A DNA stretch of 64,000 nucleotides from Acidimicrobiaceae bacterium (GCA_026710865.1 JAPOQG010000204.1:9318-73317); one strand, 5' to 3'. Counted from the first letter of the stretch, positions 34,424-44,031 are shown. Notes: generated by a model not told the origin, from the letters alone. Numbers and translations are program-made.

Positions 34424-35539
34424 GTGGCGATGCTCGCACTAGCTCAAACATCGGCCAGTACAGGACTCGCGGACGCCTGCGGTCAGACGAACCGCGGCTT
34501 CGTCTGCGAGAGGGTCTTCGACTGGACCGGAAACGCCGGCTTGGCCACCGCGGCCGACTGGCTGCTCGACCGTCCCATCCGCATCGCGCTGGTCCTGGTG
34601 GCGGCCTGGATCGTCACCCGCATCGTCAAGCGGGCCATCTCGCGGTTCACCACGCGCATCGCTGCCGCACCGAGCAGCTCGCGGTTGCAGAAGCTGCGAG
34701 AGAAGGGTCCGGTGCGCGCGCTCTCCGATGAGGTCGAACGCTCCCGGTCCGAGTCCCGGGCCGAGACCCTCGGCAGCGTGCTGCGCAGCGTGGCGGTCGC
34801 TCTCATCTGGACGTTCGCGGCACTGATCGTGTTGGGCGAGATCGGCGTGAACCTCGGGCCGCTGATCGCCGGGGCCGGCATCGGCGGCATCGCACTGGGC
34901 TTCGGCTCCCAGGCGATAGTGAAGGACTTCCTGTCGGGCCTGTTCATGCTGATCGAGGACCACTACGGCGTCGGCGACTACGTCGACCTGGGCTACGCCT
35001 CGGGCACGGTCGAGGAGATGTCGCTGCGTTCCACCACGATCCGGGACATCAGGGGCACGGTGTGGCACGTCCCCAACGGCGAGATCTCACGGGTCGGGAA
35101 CTACTCGCAGCTGTGGTCGAAGGCGCTGGTCGACATCGAGGTGGCCTACGGCACCGACGCCCGCCTCGCGATGGGCATCATGCAACAGGTGGCCAACGAC
35201 CTCTGGAACGACCCGGAGTGGGGCGGCGACGAGCTCTCGGAGGCGCCGACGGTGTTCGGCATACAGAGCCTGGGCGCGTCGGGCGTCGGCCTCCGGCTGG
35301 CGGTGAAGACCGAGCCGTCGATGCAGTGGGCGGTGGAGCGGGAGATCCGGCTGCGCATCAAAGAAGCCTTCGACGCGGCCGGCATCGAGATCCCGTTCCC
35401 GCAGCAGACCACCTGGCTCCGCGACGACAGCGGATTCTCCGCCACCACGCTCTCAGAAGCCGAGCAGGACGCCTTCCGGGCGCTCTACGAGGAGCAGCAC
35501 GGCCCGAAGCCCGAGGACGACTTCTCCGAGGAGCGCTAG
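34424..35539 (+). CDS. mechanosensitive ion channel (MscS family) protein
   Basis: 371 aa with an N-terminal TM region and the conserved core GIALGFGSQAIVKDFLSGLFMLIEDHYGVGDYV..G.VEE..LR.T..R...G....VPNG. The start may be the ATG at 34430. Confidence 0.85.
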   Translation: MAMLALAQTSASTGLADACGQTNRGFVCERVFDWTGNAGLATAADWLLDRPIRIALVLVAAWIVTRIVKRAISRFTTRIAAAPSSSRLQKLREKGPVRALSDEVERSRSESRAETLGSVLRSVAVALIWTFAALIVLGEIGVNLGPLIAGAGIGGIALGFGSQAIVKDFLSGLFMLIEDHYGVGDYVDLGYASGTVEEMSLRSTTIRDIRGTVWHVPNGEISRVGNYSQLWSKALVDIEVAYGTDARLAMGIMQQVANDLWNDPEWGGDELSEAPTVFGIQSLGASGVGLRLAVKTEPSMQWAVEREIRLRIKEAFDAAGIEIPFPQQTTWLRDDSGFSATTLSEAEQDAFRALYEEQHGPKPEDDFSEER

Positions 35540-35601
35540 GAGGCCGAGGCCAGCGGTCGGGTCATTCTGCGTGCATTGGCGGGTCGCGCTCCGGGCTCCT
35601 C

Positions 35602-35630
35602 TTGACCGGTCGAGATTTGTAAGGTAATGT
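35602..35630 (+). promoter_or_regulatory. candidate promoter of the ROK regulator gene (near-leaderless)
   Basis: TTGACC (35602-35607), 17-nt spacer, TAATGT (35625-35630), then 10 nt to the ATG at 35641. There is no RBS. Locally AT-rich. Confidence 0.45.
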
Positions 35631-35640
35631 TACTAACAAT

Positions 35641-36834
35641 ATGGCGGAGGCTTCCGGATCAGGAGTGCTGAGGCTGCTCAGCGGGCAGCGGATAGTCGAC
35701 GCGCTGTTCGTGTCGCATCCCCGCCAGATGTCCCGGGCAGGGATCGCCCGCGCCACCGGCCTCTCGAAGCCCACCGTGTCAGCCCTCATCGCGGACATGG
35801 AGTCGGCGGGGCTGGTGCGGGTGTCCGATGAGAGTCCCAGTTCGGGATCGATCGGCCGGCCCGCTGCGCTCTACGAGCTGGTCCCCACGGCCCGGCACTC
35901 GGTGGTGGCCGACATCGGCGCCACCAAGATCCTCGTCGGGCTGTGCGACCTGTTCGGCGACCTCGTCGCGGAGCAGGAGCTCGAGACGGGCCCCAACGCC
36001 GGTGCGGCGCTGAAGCGGCTCACGGGGGCCGGATCGGAGATGCTTCGAGCCGTCGACGGTTCATGCCACGCGGTGTGCGTGGGGGTGCCTGGCATCTACC
36101 GACCCGACCAGGACCGTGTCGAGCAGGCCTTCAACCTGCCGGGCTTCGCCGGCCTGGCCCTGCGCGCCCGTCTGGCCGAGCACTTCGACGCTCGCATCCA
36201 TGTCGAGAACGACGTGAACCTGGCCGCGCTCGGCGAGCTGACTCGAATGGGAGACGAGCAGGCAGGCGGGGACTTCGCCGCGATCTCGGTGGGTACCGGC
36301 ATCGGCTTGGGGATGGTCGTCGGAGGAGACCTCTACCGGGGCGGCACCGGATCAGCGGGCGAGCTGGGGTCTCTGCTGCTGGCGCGGCCGGAGCCGGGCG
36401 CGCCGCCGGTGACGCTCGAGGACGTGGCCTCCGCCCCCTCGATCCGCAAGCGGTTCGGTCGAGCCATCGAGGATGGTCACCGCACGACGGTCGACGCCGG
36501 CGCAGATGTACCGGAGATTTTCGGGGCCGCCGCGTCCGGGGACGAGGCGGCCGCGGCCGTGCTGGACGAGGTAGCCGCGTCGATGGCGCTGGCGGTGTCG
36601 CACCTGTGTCTCATAGCCGACCCGACGCGCATCGTGTTCGGCGGGGGAGTGGGGGCCAACCCCACCTTCGTCGACGCCGTTCGCGGGCACCTTGCCTCGC
36701 TGGTCGCCACCCCGCCCGAGCTGGCTGCCTCCACCCTGGGGCGCAGGGCCGCGTTGGTGGGCGCGGTGTCCATGTCGCTGCGGTTGGTGCACGAGTCCCT
36801 GGTGGCTGAGATCCTCGGAGACCAGCCGCGATGA
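35641..36834 (+). CDS. ROK family transcriptional regulator (NagC/XylR type)
   Basis: 397 aa with an N-terminal wHTH (..SRAGIARATGLSKPTVSALIADMESAGLV..) followed by a ROK sugar-kinase-like fold. Confidence 0.85.
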   Translation: MAEASGSGVLRLLSGQRIVDALFVSHPRQMSRAGIARATGLSKPTVSALIADMESAGLVRVSDESPSSGSIGRPAALYELVPTARHSVVADIGATKILVGLCDLFGDLVAEQELETGPNAGAALKRLTGAGSEMLRAVDGSCHAVCVGVPGIYRPDQDRVEQAFNLPGFAGLALRARLAEHFDARIHVENDVNLAALGELTRMGDEQAGGDFAAISVGTGIGLGMVVGGDLYRGGTGSAGELGSLLLARPEPGAPPVTLEDVASAPSIRKRFGRAIEDGHRTTVDAGADVPEIFGAAASGDEAAAAVLDEVAASMALAVSHLCLIADPTRIVFGGGVGANPTFVDAVRGHLASLVATPPELAASTLGRRAALVGAVSMSLRLVHESLVAEILGDQPR

Positions 36835-36837
36835 ACA

Positions 36838-38127
36838 GTGCGGTTCGAATCTGCACGACGCCCTCCGACGAGGCCGGTCGTGAGCGCCGCTAGCCGGGTC
36901 GCCGAGGCCGTGGACGGCGAGGCCGTTGTCGGGTTGGTCCGCGAGGCCGTCCGCATTCCCAGCGTCACACCCGACGAGGAGGACTTCGCGCGCTGGGCCT
37001 GGCGCCAGATGCAGGAGTCGGACGCCTTCGACTCGGCCGACCTCTTCGAGTGCGAGCCGGGCCGTCCCAACGTGTGCGGCACGGCCGGGGACGGCGCCGG
37101 AAGGTCGCTGCTGCTGGCCGGGCACCTCGACACGGTCGCGGTCGACGACTGGCGCCGGCACTGGCGTGGCACCGACCGGGAGGATCCCTTCGGTGCCCAT
37201 GTGATCGACGGCGAGATCTGGGGTCGGGGAGTCGCCGACCAGAAGGCGGGGATCTGCGCCACCATCGAGGCGGTCCGGGCCTTCGGCCGAGCAGGCCTCC
37301 GGCCGGCCGGCCGCGTGTCGACCCTGTTCGTGTGCGACGAGGAGTCGGGCCGGCCCGGCAGCGGCGTCTCGGCCGGCATGCGGGCCGCGGTCGAGGGCCG
37401 TGCCGGGCCGCGCCCGGACGCCGACTTCGCGATCTACACCGAGCCGACGACATCGGCCATCTACACCGCGCAGATGGGTTTCCTCATCGCCGACATCGCC
37501 TACACGGGCACCTCCGCGTACTTCGGCCGGCCCGAGCTCGGCGTCGACGCCCTGAGGGCCGGGCACCGCCTGCTCGACCGGCTGTGGCAGCACTCCGACG
37601 ACCTGCGAGCGTCGGTGCCCGCCCATGAGCTGCTGGGCGAGGCCTTCCTGCTGGTCACCTCGGTCACCTCTGGAGGCAACATTGCCGTGCCGGGCCGCTT
37701 CGACCTGTCCTTGATCCGCAAGATCCTGCCCGGCGAGAGCCTCGACGGCGCCGCTGACGGCATCCGGGCCGTCGCCGAGGAGGTCGCGGACGAGCACGGA
37801 GTGGAGTGCGCGGTGGAGTTCAGCGCGCCCCGGGACCACCCGCTCGGGGGCACTGCCGACGAGCTCGACGCCGGTCATCCGGCAGTGGCTGCGCTGGCGG
37901 GGTCGATCGAGGCGGTGACCGGCGAGCCGGCCCGCATCGAGGGAGCGCCCTACTGGTCCGAGAAGCCGTTCCTGCGGGACCGGCAGATACCCGGCGTCTA
38001 CTTCGCTCCCGGTGACATCTCCGACTGCCACACCCCGTTCGAGCGGCTCGCGATCGACGAGCTGGTCACCGCCACCCGCACCCTCTCGCACTTCATCGCC
38101 CGATGGTGCGGGACCCACGATCCATAA
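36838..38127 (+). CDS. M20 family metallopeptidase / deacylase
   Basis: 429 aa (the start may instead be the GTG near 36880). LVR..SVTP.E..F.......M.....D....E..PGRPNV.G......GRSLLL.GHLDTV, GRG..D.K. Confidence 0.8.
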   Translation: MRFESARRPPTRPVVSAASRVAEAVDGEAVVGLVREAVRIPSVTPDEEDFARWAWRQMQESDAFDSADLFECEPGRPNVCGTAGDGAGRSLLLAGHLDTVAVDDWRRHWRGTDREDPFGAHVIDGEIWGRGVADQKAGICATIEAVRAFGRAGLRPAGRVSTLFVCDEESGRPGSGVSAGMRAAVEGRAGPRPDADFAIYTEPTTSAIYTAQMGFLIADIAYTGTSAYFGRPELGVDALRAGHRLLDRLWQHSDDLRASVPAHELLGEAFLLVTSVTSGGNIAVPGRFDLSLIRKILPGESLDGAADGIRAVAEEVADEHGVECAVEFSAPRDHPLGGTADELDAGHPAVAALAGSIEAVTGEPARIEGAPYWSEKPFLRDRQIPGVYFAPGDISDCHTPFERLAIDELVTATRTLSHFIARWCGTHDP

Positions 38128-38149
38128 GCCGGACCCAAAGGGAGGGGTC

Positions 38150-39340
38150 ATGACAACCAAATCCAAGAGGCCCAAGTGGCTGCTGCTCGTCTCGTTGCTC
38201 GCGGTGTTCGCGGTCCTTGGGGCCGCGTGCGGCGACGATGACGACGACGCCGCGCCGACCACCACCGCCGCGCCCGCGACCACGGCCGCGCCGACCACCA
38301 CCGCCGCGCCTACGACAGTCGCGCCGGAACCGGCCCCCGAACCGCCCAGGACCCAGGGACCGGGCGGCGAGGAGGCGGTGCCGTCCAGCGAGATCACCCT
38401 GAGCAGCGAGGAGATCGGCGAGGTCCAGGCAGGGGGCTACACCGCCGCGCTGCTGTGGCACACCTCGGGAGCGTTCACCGACGCGGTGAGCCAGGGCGCC
38501 CGGGACGCCTTCGCAGAGCTCGGGATCGAGGTCGTCGCCGAGACCAACGCCAACTTCGACGCGGCTCAGCAGGCCAACGACGTGGAGACGGTCATGGCGC
38601 AGAGCCCGGACATCATCATCAGCCTGGCCATCGGCCCCGACGCCGGCGCTGAGGCGTTCCGGCCCGCCGTCGACGCGGGCGTGCAACTCGTGTTCCTGTC
38701 GAACGTGCCCCAGGGCTACGTCCACGGCCAGGACTATGTGGGCATCGTCACCGACGACCTCGCGGCCATGGGTATCACCGCCGCGGACCTGCTCGCAGAT
38801 GCGCTCGGAGGCGAGGGAGAAGTGGGCTACATCTTCCACGACGCCGCCTACTACGTGACCAACCAGCGCGACCAGGCCTTCAAGGCATGGATCGAGATCA
38901 ACTACCCCGGCATCGAGATCGTCGCCGAGCAGGGCCTCGCCGACCCGGCCGCCGCGGAGGAGATCGCCTCGGCGATGCTGACCCGCAATCCCGGTCTCGA
39001 CGGCATCTACGCCCCGTGGTCGGCGGGCCCCGCCGACGGCGTGCTGGCCGCGCTGCGAGCCGCCGGAGCCTCCGACGTGGCCCTGGTGACCATGGACCTC
39101 GACACCAACGTGTCGCTCGACCTCGTGGAGGGCGGCAACGTCGTGGGAATAGCCGCCGACGAGGCCTACAACCTCGGTCGCACCATGGCCGTCGAGGGCG
39201 CCTACGGGCTGCTCGGCAAGCCTGCTCCGGCCTTCGCGGTGGTGCCGGCCATCGGCGTGACCGCTGACAACATCGTCGAGGGCTACCGCCAGTCGCTGGT
39301 CGCGGATCCGCCTCAGGAGGTCCTCGACGCCCTCGGCTGA
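38150..39340 (+). CDS. sugar-type ABC transporter substrate-binding lipoprotein (periplasmic binding protein type I)
   Basis: ATG at 38150 with RBS AAGGGAGGGG. Signal peptide plus lipobox LGAACGDDDD, then a Thr/Ala/Pro-rich linker and an RbsB-like body. Confidence 0.85.
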   Translation: MTTKSKRPKWLLLVSLLAVFAVLGAACGDDDDDAAPTTTAAPATTAAPTTTAAPTTVAPEPAPEPPRTQGPGGEEAVPSSEITLSSEEIGEVQAGGYTAALLWHTSGAFTDAVSQGARDAFAELGIEVVAETNANFDAAQQANDVETVMAQSPDIIISLAIGPDAGAEAFRPAVDAGVQLVFLSNVPQGYVHGQDYVGIVTDDLAAMGITAADLLADALGGEGEVGYIFHDAAYYVTNQRDQAFKAWIEINYPGIEIVAEQGLADPAAAEEIASAMLTRNPGLDGIYAPWSAGPADGVLAALRAAGASDVALVTMDLDTNVSLDLVEGGNVVGIAADEAYNLGRTMAVEGAYGLLGKPAPAFAVVPAIGVTADNIVEGYRQSLVADPPQEVLDALG

Positions 39341-39343
39341 GCC

Positions 39344-39384
39344 AGAGGCCGAGCGGCCAGTGAGCGCAGCGAACAAGAGCGGGA
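39344..39384 (-). repeat. interspersed intergenic repeat, copy c (41-bp mini form, inverted orientation)
   Basis: The reverse complement reads TCCCGCTCTTGTTCGCTGCGCTCACTGGCCGCTCGGCCTCT. This is the left end joined directly to the right end of the long form. Confidence 0.85.
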
Positions 39385-39411
39385 AACAGAGGCAGACTTG
39401 CCCCCCAGGCT

Positions 39412-39442
39412 CCGGCGGCAACGAGGGTTGAGTTGCCGCCGG
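39412..39442 (+). terminator. strong intra-operon hairpin between the SBP and permease genes (attenuator or mRNA stabiliser)
   Basis: A perfect 11-bp stem, CCGGCGGCAAC (39412-39422) with GTTGCCGCCGG (39432-39442), and a 9-nt loop. There is no U-tract. Confidence 0.4.
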
Positions 39443-39470
39443 GGCTCAGGGCAGGCTCAGTGAGGAACCC

Positions 39471-40472
39471 ATGACTGAAGATTCCGCCGCGGCCGCGCCG
39501 GGGTTCGTGGCAGCCCGGCAATGGCTCGATCGGCGTCGCCAGGACGCGGGACTGCGCCCCTACGTCGTGTATGTCGCCGCGGCGCTCATCTTCGGGCTCT
39601 TCGCGGTGATCCTGCGACACGACGGGTTCCTCACCGCGTCGAACCTCCTCAACATCGGCCGCCAGGCCGCGCCGATCGCCGTCATGGCGGCGGGGATGAC
39701 CTTCGCCCTGGCCGCGGCGGAGATCGACCTGTCGATCGGGTCGACCACGGCGCTGTCCTCGCTGGTGGCGGCCGAGGTCGTGGGAGAGTACGGGTTCGTG
39801 GCCGGCGCCGCGGCGGCGCTGGCGGTAGGAGCCGGCATCGGCGCGGCCAACGGCCTGATCACGGTCAAGGTGCGCATCCCGTCGTTCCTGGTCACCCTCG
39901 GGACGCTCGGGATCGTCAGCGGGATCGCCCGCAACATGAACAACCTGCAGTCGCTGCCCATACGCAACGACACGTTCCTGGCCGTGTTCGGTGCCGGATC
40001 TCTCGGACCGGTGTCGTCGCTGCTGCTCTGGACCGTCGTCGTCGGCCTGTTGGGACATCTCGTGCTGCACCAGCTCCGGTGGGGGCGTCACGTGCTGTCG
40101 GTGGGCGCCGACCGGAACGCCGCCGCGGCCCTCGGGATCAACACCGCACGCATCCGCGTCACCGCGCTGATGACCAGCGCGGCCGCCGCGTCGTTCGCGG
40201 GCGTGCTGCTCGCCGGCCGGCTGGCCATCGGCCGGCACGACCTGGGCGAGAACCTCCTGCTCACGGTGATCGCGGCGGTGGTCATCGGCGGGACCAACCT
40301 CTTCGGCGGCCGGGCCTCGGTGGCCGGCGCAGTAGCCGGGTCGGTGGTCATGGCCATGCTCAACAACGGCCTGATCCTGATGGGCCTCCGGGTCGCCGAC
40401 CAGCTGATCGCGCGGGGCGTGATCATCATCCTGGCGGTTGCGCTGAGCATGAGAGAGCAGAAGGAGCGCTGA
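39471..40472 (+). CDS. sugar ABC transporter permease (RbsC/branched-type)
   Basis: 333 aa and polytopic. IDLSIGS and ..VIGGT.L.GG.G.. motifs typical of ribose-type permeases. Confidence 0.85.
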   Translation: MTEDSAAAAPGFVAARQWLDRRRQDAGLRPYVVYVAAALIFGLFAVILRHDGFLTASNLLNIGRQAAPIAVMAAGMTFALAAAEIDLSIGSTTALSSLVAAEVVGEYGFVAGAAAALAVGAGIGAANGLITVKVRIPSFLVTLGTLGIVSGIARNMNNLQSLPIRNDTFLAVFGAGSLGPVSSLLLWTVVVGLLGHLVLHQLRWGRHVLSVGADRNAAAALGINTARIRVTALMTSAAAASFAGVLLAGRLAIGRHDLGENLLLTVIAAVVIGGTNLFGGRASVAGAVAGSVVMAMLNNGLILMGLRVADQLIARGVIIILAVALSMREQKER

Positions 40473-40473
40473 C

Positions 40474-41682
40474 ATGTTTCTGAGGTCCCTGACAGAGCGC
40501 AACCCGAGGCTCGTGCAGGCCGCGATCGAACTCCATCAGGCAGGCGAGATCCCGGCCAACAGCTGCGTGCTCGACCTCGACGCGACCGAGTCGAACACAG
40601 CCGGGCTGTGCCGGCAGGCTCACCGCCTGGGCCTCACCGTGTACGCCATGACCAAGCAGCTCGGACGGGCTCCGGGGGTGCTGGCGGCCATGGCCGCCGG
40701 CGGCGTCGACGGCTTCGTGGCCGTCGACATGGCCTGCGCGCGACCGATCGTCGCCAACGGCCACCGCCTCGGCCATCTCGGTCACCTGGTGCAGGTGCCC
40801 AGGGCCGAGGCTGCCGAAGCCGCCGGGCTGGAACCGGACTATTGGACGGTGTTCTCCGAGAACAAGGCCGCGGAGGCTGCCGCCGCGGCCCGCTCCCGCG
40901 CCCGGCAACAGCGGCTCCTGGTGCGGGTGTTCGCCGGCGGCGACGAGTTCTACCCCGGACACGAGGGCGGCGTGGTGCTCGAGGACCTGCCGGCGATGAT
41001 CGATCGCATCGCCGGGATGGAGGGTGTGGAGTTCGCCGGGCTGACCACCTTCCCGGCCCTGCTGTTCGACGCGTCCACCGGCGGGGCCAGGCTCACCCCG
41101 AACGCCGACACCCTGGCCCGGGCCGCGGAGATCGCCCGCCGCCATCCGGCCTGCCCCGAGCGCCTGGAGATCAACGCGCCCGGCACCACCTCCACCGAGG
41201 TGCTGGGGTTGCTGGCCTCCTCCGGCGCCACCCAGGTCGAGCCGGGCCACGGTCTCACCGGCACCACGCCGCTGCATGCCGTGCAGGAGCTTCCCGAGGT
41301 CCCCGCCGTGCTCTATCTCAGCGAGGTGGCCCACGTCCACCAGGGCGTGCCGCTGTGCTTCGGCGGAGGGCTGTACGTGGATCCGGTGTTCGGCGACTAC
41401 GGGGTGCGAGCCGTCGTGGCCCACGATCCGTCGGAGGCCTCGACCGAGCCGGTGCCGGTGGACATGCCTGATCCGGCCGGCATCGACTACTACGCCCGCT
41501 TGCATCCCGACGGTCACCGGTCGGTGGCCGAGGGCGCGACGGTGATCTTCGGCTTCCGCGTCCAGGCCTTCGTCACCAGGGCTTCGGTGGTGGGTCTTGC
41601 GGGCGTGTCCGAGGGCCGGCCCCGGGTCGCGGGAGTGTGGAACGGCTTCGGCGACCCTGCACCCTTCGGGACCGGCCAGTGA
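40474..41682 (+). CDS. fold-type III PLP enzyme, alanine-racemase-N-domain-like (YhfX-like)
   Basis: 402 aa. The N-terminal pattern FL..L..RNP.L...A..LH..G.I..N..V.D.D....N......A...G......MTKQ resembles YhfX-type putative amino-acid racemases. The family call is from memory. Confidence 0.6.
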   Translation: MFLRSLTERNPRLVQAAIELHQAGEIPANSCVLDLDATESNTAGLCRQAHRLGLTVYAMTKQLGRAPGVLAAMAAGGVDGFVAVDMACARPIVANGHRLGHLGHLVQVPRAEAAEAAGLEPDYWTVFSENKAAEAAAAARSRARQQRLLVRVFAGGDEFYPGHEGGVVLEDLPAMIDRIAGMEGVEFAGLTTFPALLFDASTGGARLTPNADTLARAAEIARRHPACPERLEINAPGTTSTEVLGLLASSGATQVEPGHGLTGTTPLHAVQELPEVPAVLYLSEVAHVHQGVPLCFGGGLYVDPVFGDYGVRAVVAHDPSEASTEPVPVDMPDPAGIDYYARLHPDGHRSVAEGATVIFGFRVQAFVTRASVVGLAGVSEGRPRVAGVWNGFGDPAPFGTGQ

Positions 41683-42461
41683 CGGCAGTGGCGACGGATG
41701 ACCGGGCCGCGCTCGAGGTGTCGGGCCTGTCGAAGTCGTTCCGGGCCGTGCGGGCGCTCGACGATGTGGCCATCGACCTGCGCTACGGACGGGTGACCGC
41801 CCTCCTCGGCGACAACGGCGCCGGCAAGTCGACGCTCGTGAAGTGCATCTCCGGGATATACGCACCCGACTCGGGGGTGGTGCGGGTCAACGGCGTCGAG
41901 CGGTCGATCCCCTCTCCGGAGGCTGCCCGGTCATTGGGCATCGAGACCGTTCATCAGACCCTGGCCGTCATCGATCCGCTCGACGTGGTCGAGAACCTCT
42001 TCCTCAACCGGGAGCACACCAGGGGAGGGCGGCTCGGTGCCCGGCTCGGAGTGCTCGACAAGAAGCGGATGCGGGCCGAGTCCAGCGAGATCCTCGGCCG
42101 GCTGGACATCCGCATCCCCTCGCTGCGCCGGTCCATGAGCGCGCTGTCGGGCGGGCAGCGGCAAGCGGTGGCGATCGGGCGGGCGGCGGCCTGGGGCCAG
42201 CAGATCGTGCTGCTCGACGAGCCCGCGGCCGCCCTGGGGGTGGAGCAGGCGGCCCGTGTGCTGGACCTGATCCGAAGCCTGCGCGACGCGGGCGTGGCCG
42301 TGCTTCTCATCACCCACAACATGGACCGTGTCACCGAGGTCTGCGACCGGGCCGTCGTGCTGCGCCAGGGCCGCAAGACCGCCGATGTCGATGTGGGCGC
42401 AGTGACCAAGGACGATCTCGTCGCCTACATAACCGGCGCCAGGTCGGGCGGGCTCGCATGA
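41679..42461 (+). CDS. sugar ABC transporter ATP-binding protein (single-domain)
   Basis: GTG at 41679 overlaps the preceding stop (GTGA). Walker A GDNGAGKST, signature LSGGQRQAVAIGRA, Walker B LLDEP. Confidence 0.9.
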   Translation: MTAVATDDRAALEVSGLSKSFRAVRALDDVAIDLRYGRVTALLGDNGAGKSTLVKCISGIYAPDSGVVRVNGVERSIPSPEAARSLGIETVHQTLAVIDPLDVVENLFLNREHTRGGRLGARLGVLDKKRMRAESSEILGRLDIRIPSLRRSMSALSGGQRQAVAIGRAAAWGQQIVLLDEPAAALGVEQAARVLDLIRSLRDAGVAVLLITHNMDRVTEVCDRAVVLRQGRKTADVDVGAVTKDDLVAYITGARSGGLA

Positions 42462-43240
42462 GCGACGGGTCGGCGACGCAGCTCGGCATCGACGTCGGAG
42501 GCACCAGCATCAAGGGCGCCGTGGTTGATCTCAGCGCAGGCGGTCTGGCCGGTGCCATCCACACCGAGCCCACGCCTCCGACCGCGACGCCCGGCGATGT
42601 GGTCGCCTCGATCGGTCGCATCGCGGTGGCCGCGGGCTGGTCGGGCCCGGTGGGCGTGGCCCTTCCGGGTGTGATCGACGGGTCGTCGCTGCGGCACGCG
42701 CCGAACCTGTCGGCGTCCTGGGAGGATCCCGACGCCCTGGGGTGCCTCCGGTCTGGCGACGGCGCCAACGCGGTGCTGATCAACGACGCCGACGCGGCCG
42801 GCCTGGCCGAACTCACCTACGGCGACGCCGCGATCGACAGCGAAGGGCTCACGATCGTGTTGACCTTCGGCACCGGAATCGGCAGCGCCCTGCTCCACAA
42901 CGGGGACCTCATCGCCAACTCCGAGCTCGGCGGTCTCGTCGGCGCGAACGGGCGCTTCGAGGAGATCGCGTCGGGCAGGGCGATCTCCGTCGAGGGCCTC
43001 ACCCCGGTGGAGTGGGCCCGGCGCGCCCAGCCCTTCTTCGACGAGCTGGAGGCCATCCTCAACCCGTCCCGCTGGGTCGTGGGCGGGGGGCTGAGCGAGA
43101 ACTTCGACCGGTTCGCGTCGAGGCTCCGGTTGTCGAAGGCCATCTCGGTGGCCCACCTCGGAGTCCACGCCGGAATCGTCGGAGCGGCCGTGGCCGCCCG
43201 CCGGGCGGGCCGCGGCTCGGGGGGCGCCGCCTCGCGGTGA
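42458..43240 (+). CDS. ROK family sugar kinase (polyphosphate/ATP glucokinase-like)
   Basis: The ATG overlaps the preceding stop (ATGA). LGIDVGGTSIKGAVVDL, NDADAAGLAE, TFGTGIGSAL. About 260 aa with no HTH. Confidence 0.8.
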   Translation: MSDGSATQLGIDVGGTSIKGAVVDLSAGGLAGAIHTEPTPPTATPGDVVASIGRIAVAAGWSGPVGVALPGVIDGSSLRHAPNLSASWEDPDALGCLRSGDGANAVLINDADAAGLAELTYGDAAIDSEGLTIVLTFGTGIGSALLHNGDLIANSELGGLVGANGRFEEIASGRAISVEGLTPVEWARRAQPFFDELEAILNPSRWVVGGGLSENFDRFASRLRLSKAISVAHLGVHAGIVGAAVAARRAGRGSGGAASR

Positions 43241-44031
43241 GGGTTGTCGTCGCCGAGTCTGGAGATGCGGCCGGGCGCGTGGCCGCGGACATGGTTGAAC
43301 GGTTCATCGGCGACTCGGTATCGCCTGCTCTCGGTCTGGCTACCGGGGAAACGATGCAAGCCGTGTTCTCCGAGTTGGTCCGGCGCCACCGTGAGAACGG
43401 GCTGAGCTTCGCGGGTGTCCACGCCTTCCTGCTCGACGAGTACCTGGACCTCGACCGGCACGACCCGTGCGCCTATCGAAACGTCGCGCACCGGGTTCTG
43501 GCCCGTCACGTCGACATCGGGCCCGGCGCAGTCCACGGCCCGAACGCCCAGGCGGACGACCTTGACGCCGAGTGCGCCCGCTACGAGCGCGAGGTCCGGG
43601 ATGCGGGGATCGGGCTGCAACTGCTGGGCATCGGATGCAATGGCCACATCGCCTTCAACGAGCCCGGCTCGCCGCTGGCCAGCACCACCCGCGTAGTCGC
43701 ATTGAGCGACCGGACCCGGGCTGACAACGCCCGGTTCTTCCCGGACGGGCAACCGGTGCCGGACCGGGCCATCACTCAGGGCATCGCGACCGTCGGCGCT
43801 GCAGGCGAACTCGTGCTGTTGGCCTGTGGTGAGCACAAGGCCGACGCAGTGGCCCGAGCGGTCGAGGGGCCGGTCACGCCTGGCCTGCCCGCCTCCGCCA
43901 TCCAGTTGCACGCCAACGTCACCGTGGTACTGGACCCGCCCGCGGCGTCCGGTCTCGGTTGCCCGCGTGTGGCGCCTGCGCCCCGGGGTTCTGACGAAGG
44001 GATGCTGATCGGGCCCGCTGGCGATATCTAG
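43237..44031 (+). CDS. nagB: glucosamine-6-phosphate deaminase/isomerase family protein
   Basis: GTG overlaps the preceding stop. LGLATG.T....F..L........SF..V..F.LDEY, then LLGIG.NGHIAFNEPGS is the diagnostic NagB motif. Confidence 0.85.
   Translation: MRVVVAESGDAAGRVAADMVERFIGDSVSPALGLATGETMQAVFSELVRRHRENGLSFAGVHAFLLDEYLDLDRHDPCAYRNVAHRVLARHVDIGPGAVHGPNAQADDLDAECARYEREVRDAGIGLQLLGIGCNGHIAFNEPGSPLASTTRVVALSDRTRADNARFFPDGQPVPDRAITQGIATVGAAGELVLLACGEHKADAVARAVEGPVTPGLPASAIQLHANVTVVLDPPAASGLGCPRVAPAPRGSDEGMLIGPAGDI

Noticed and set aside
34260-34451. The 5' extension of modA, and the similar extensions or ORF tails containing ..RERSEQERE.. or ..FPLLFAALTGRS.. (at 21988, 39340-39421 and 61732).
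   Set aside because: These peptides are simply translations of the interspersed repeat family in one frame or the other. They are not conserved protein sequence.
36839-36863. tRNA-like T-arm: TGCGG-TTCGAAT-CTGCA followed by a 7-nt acceptor-like stretch.
   Set aside because: No complementary 5' acceptor strand, D-arm or anticodon arm can be built upstream. The region overlaps the end of the ROK regulator gene and the start of the M20 gene. I judge it a chance match to the GGTTCGAAT consensus.
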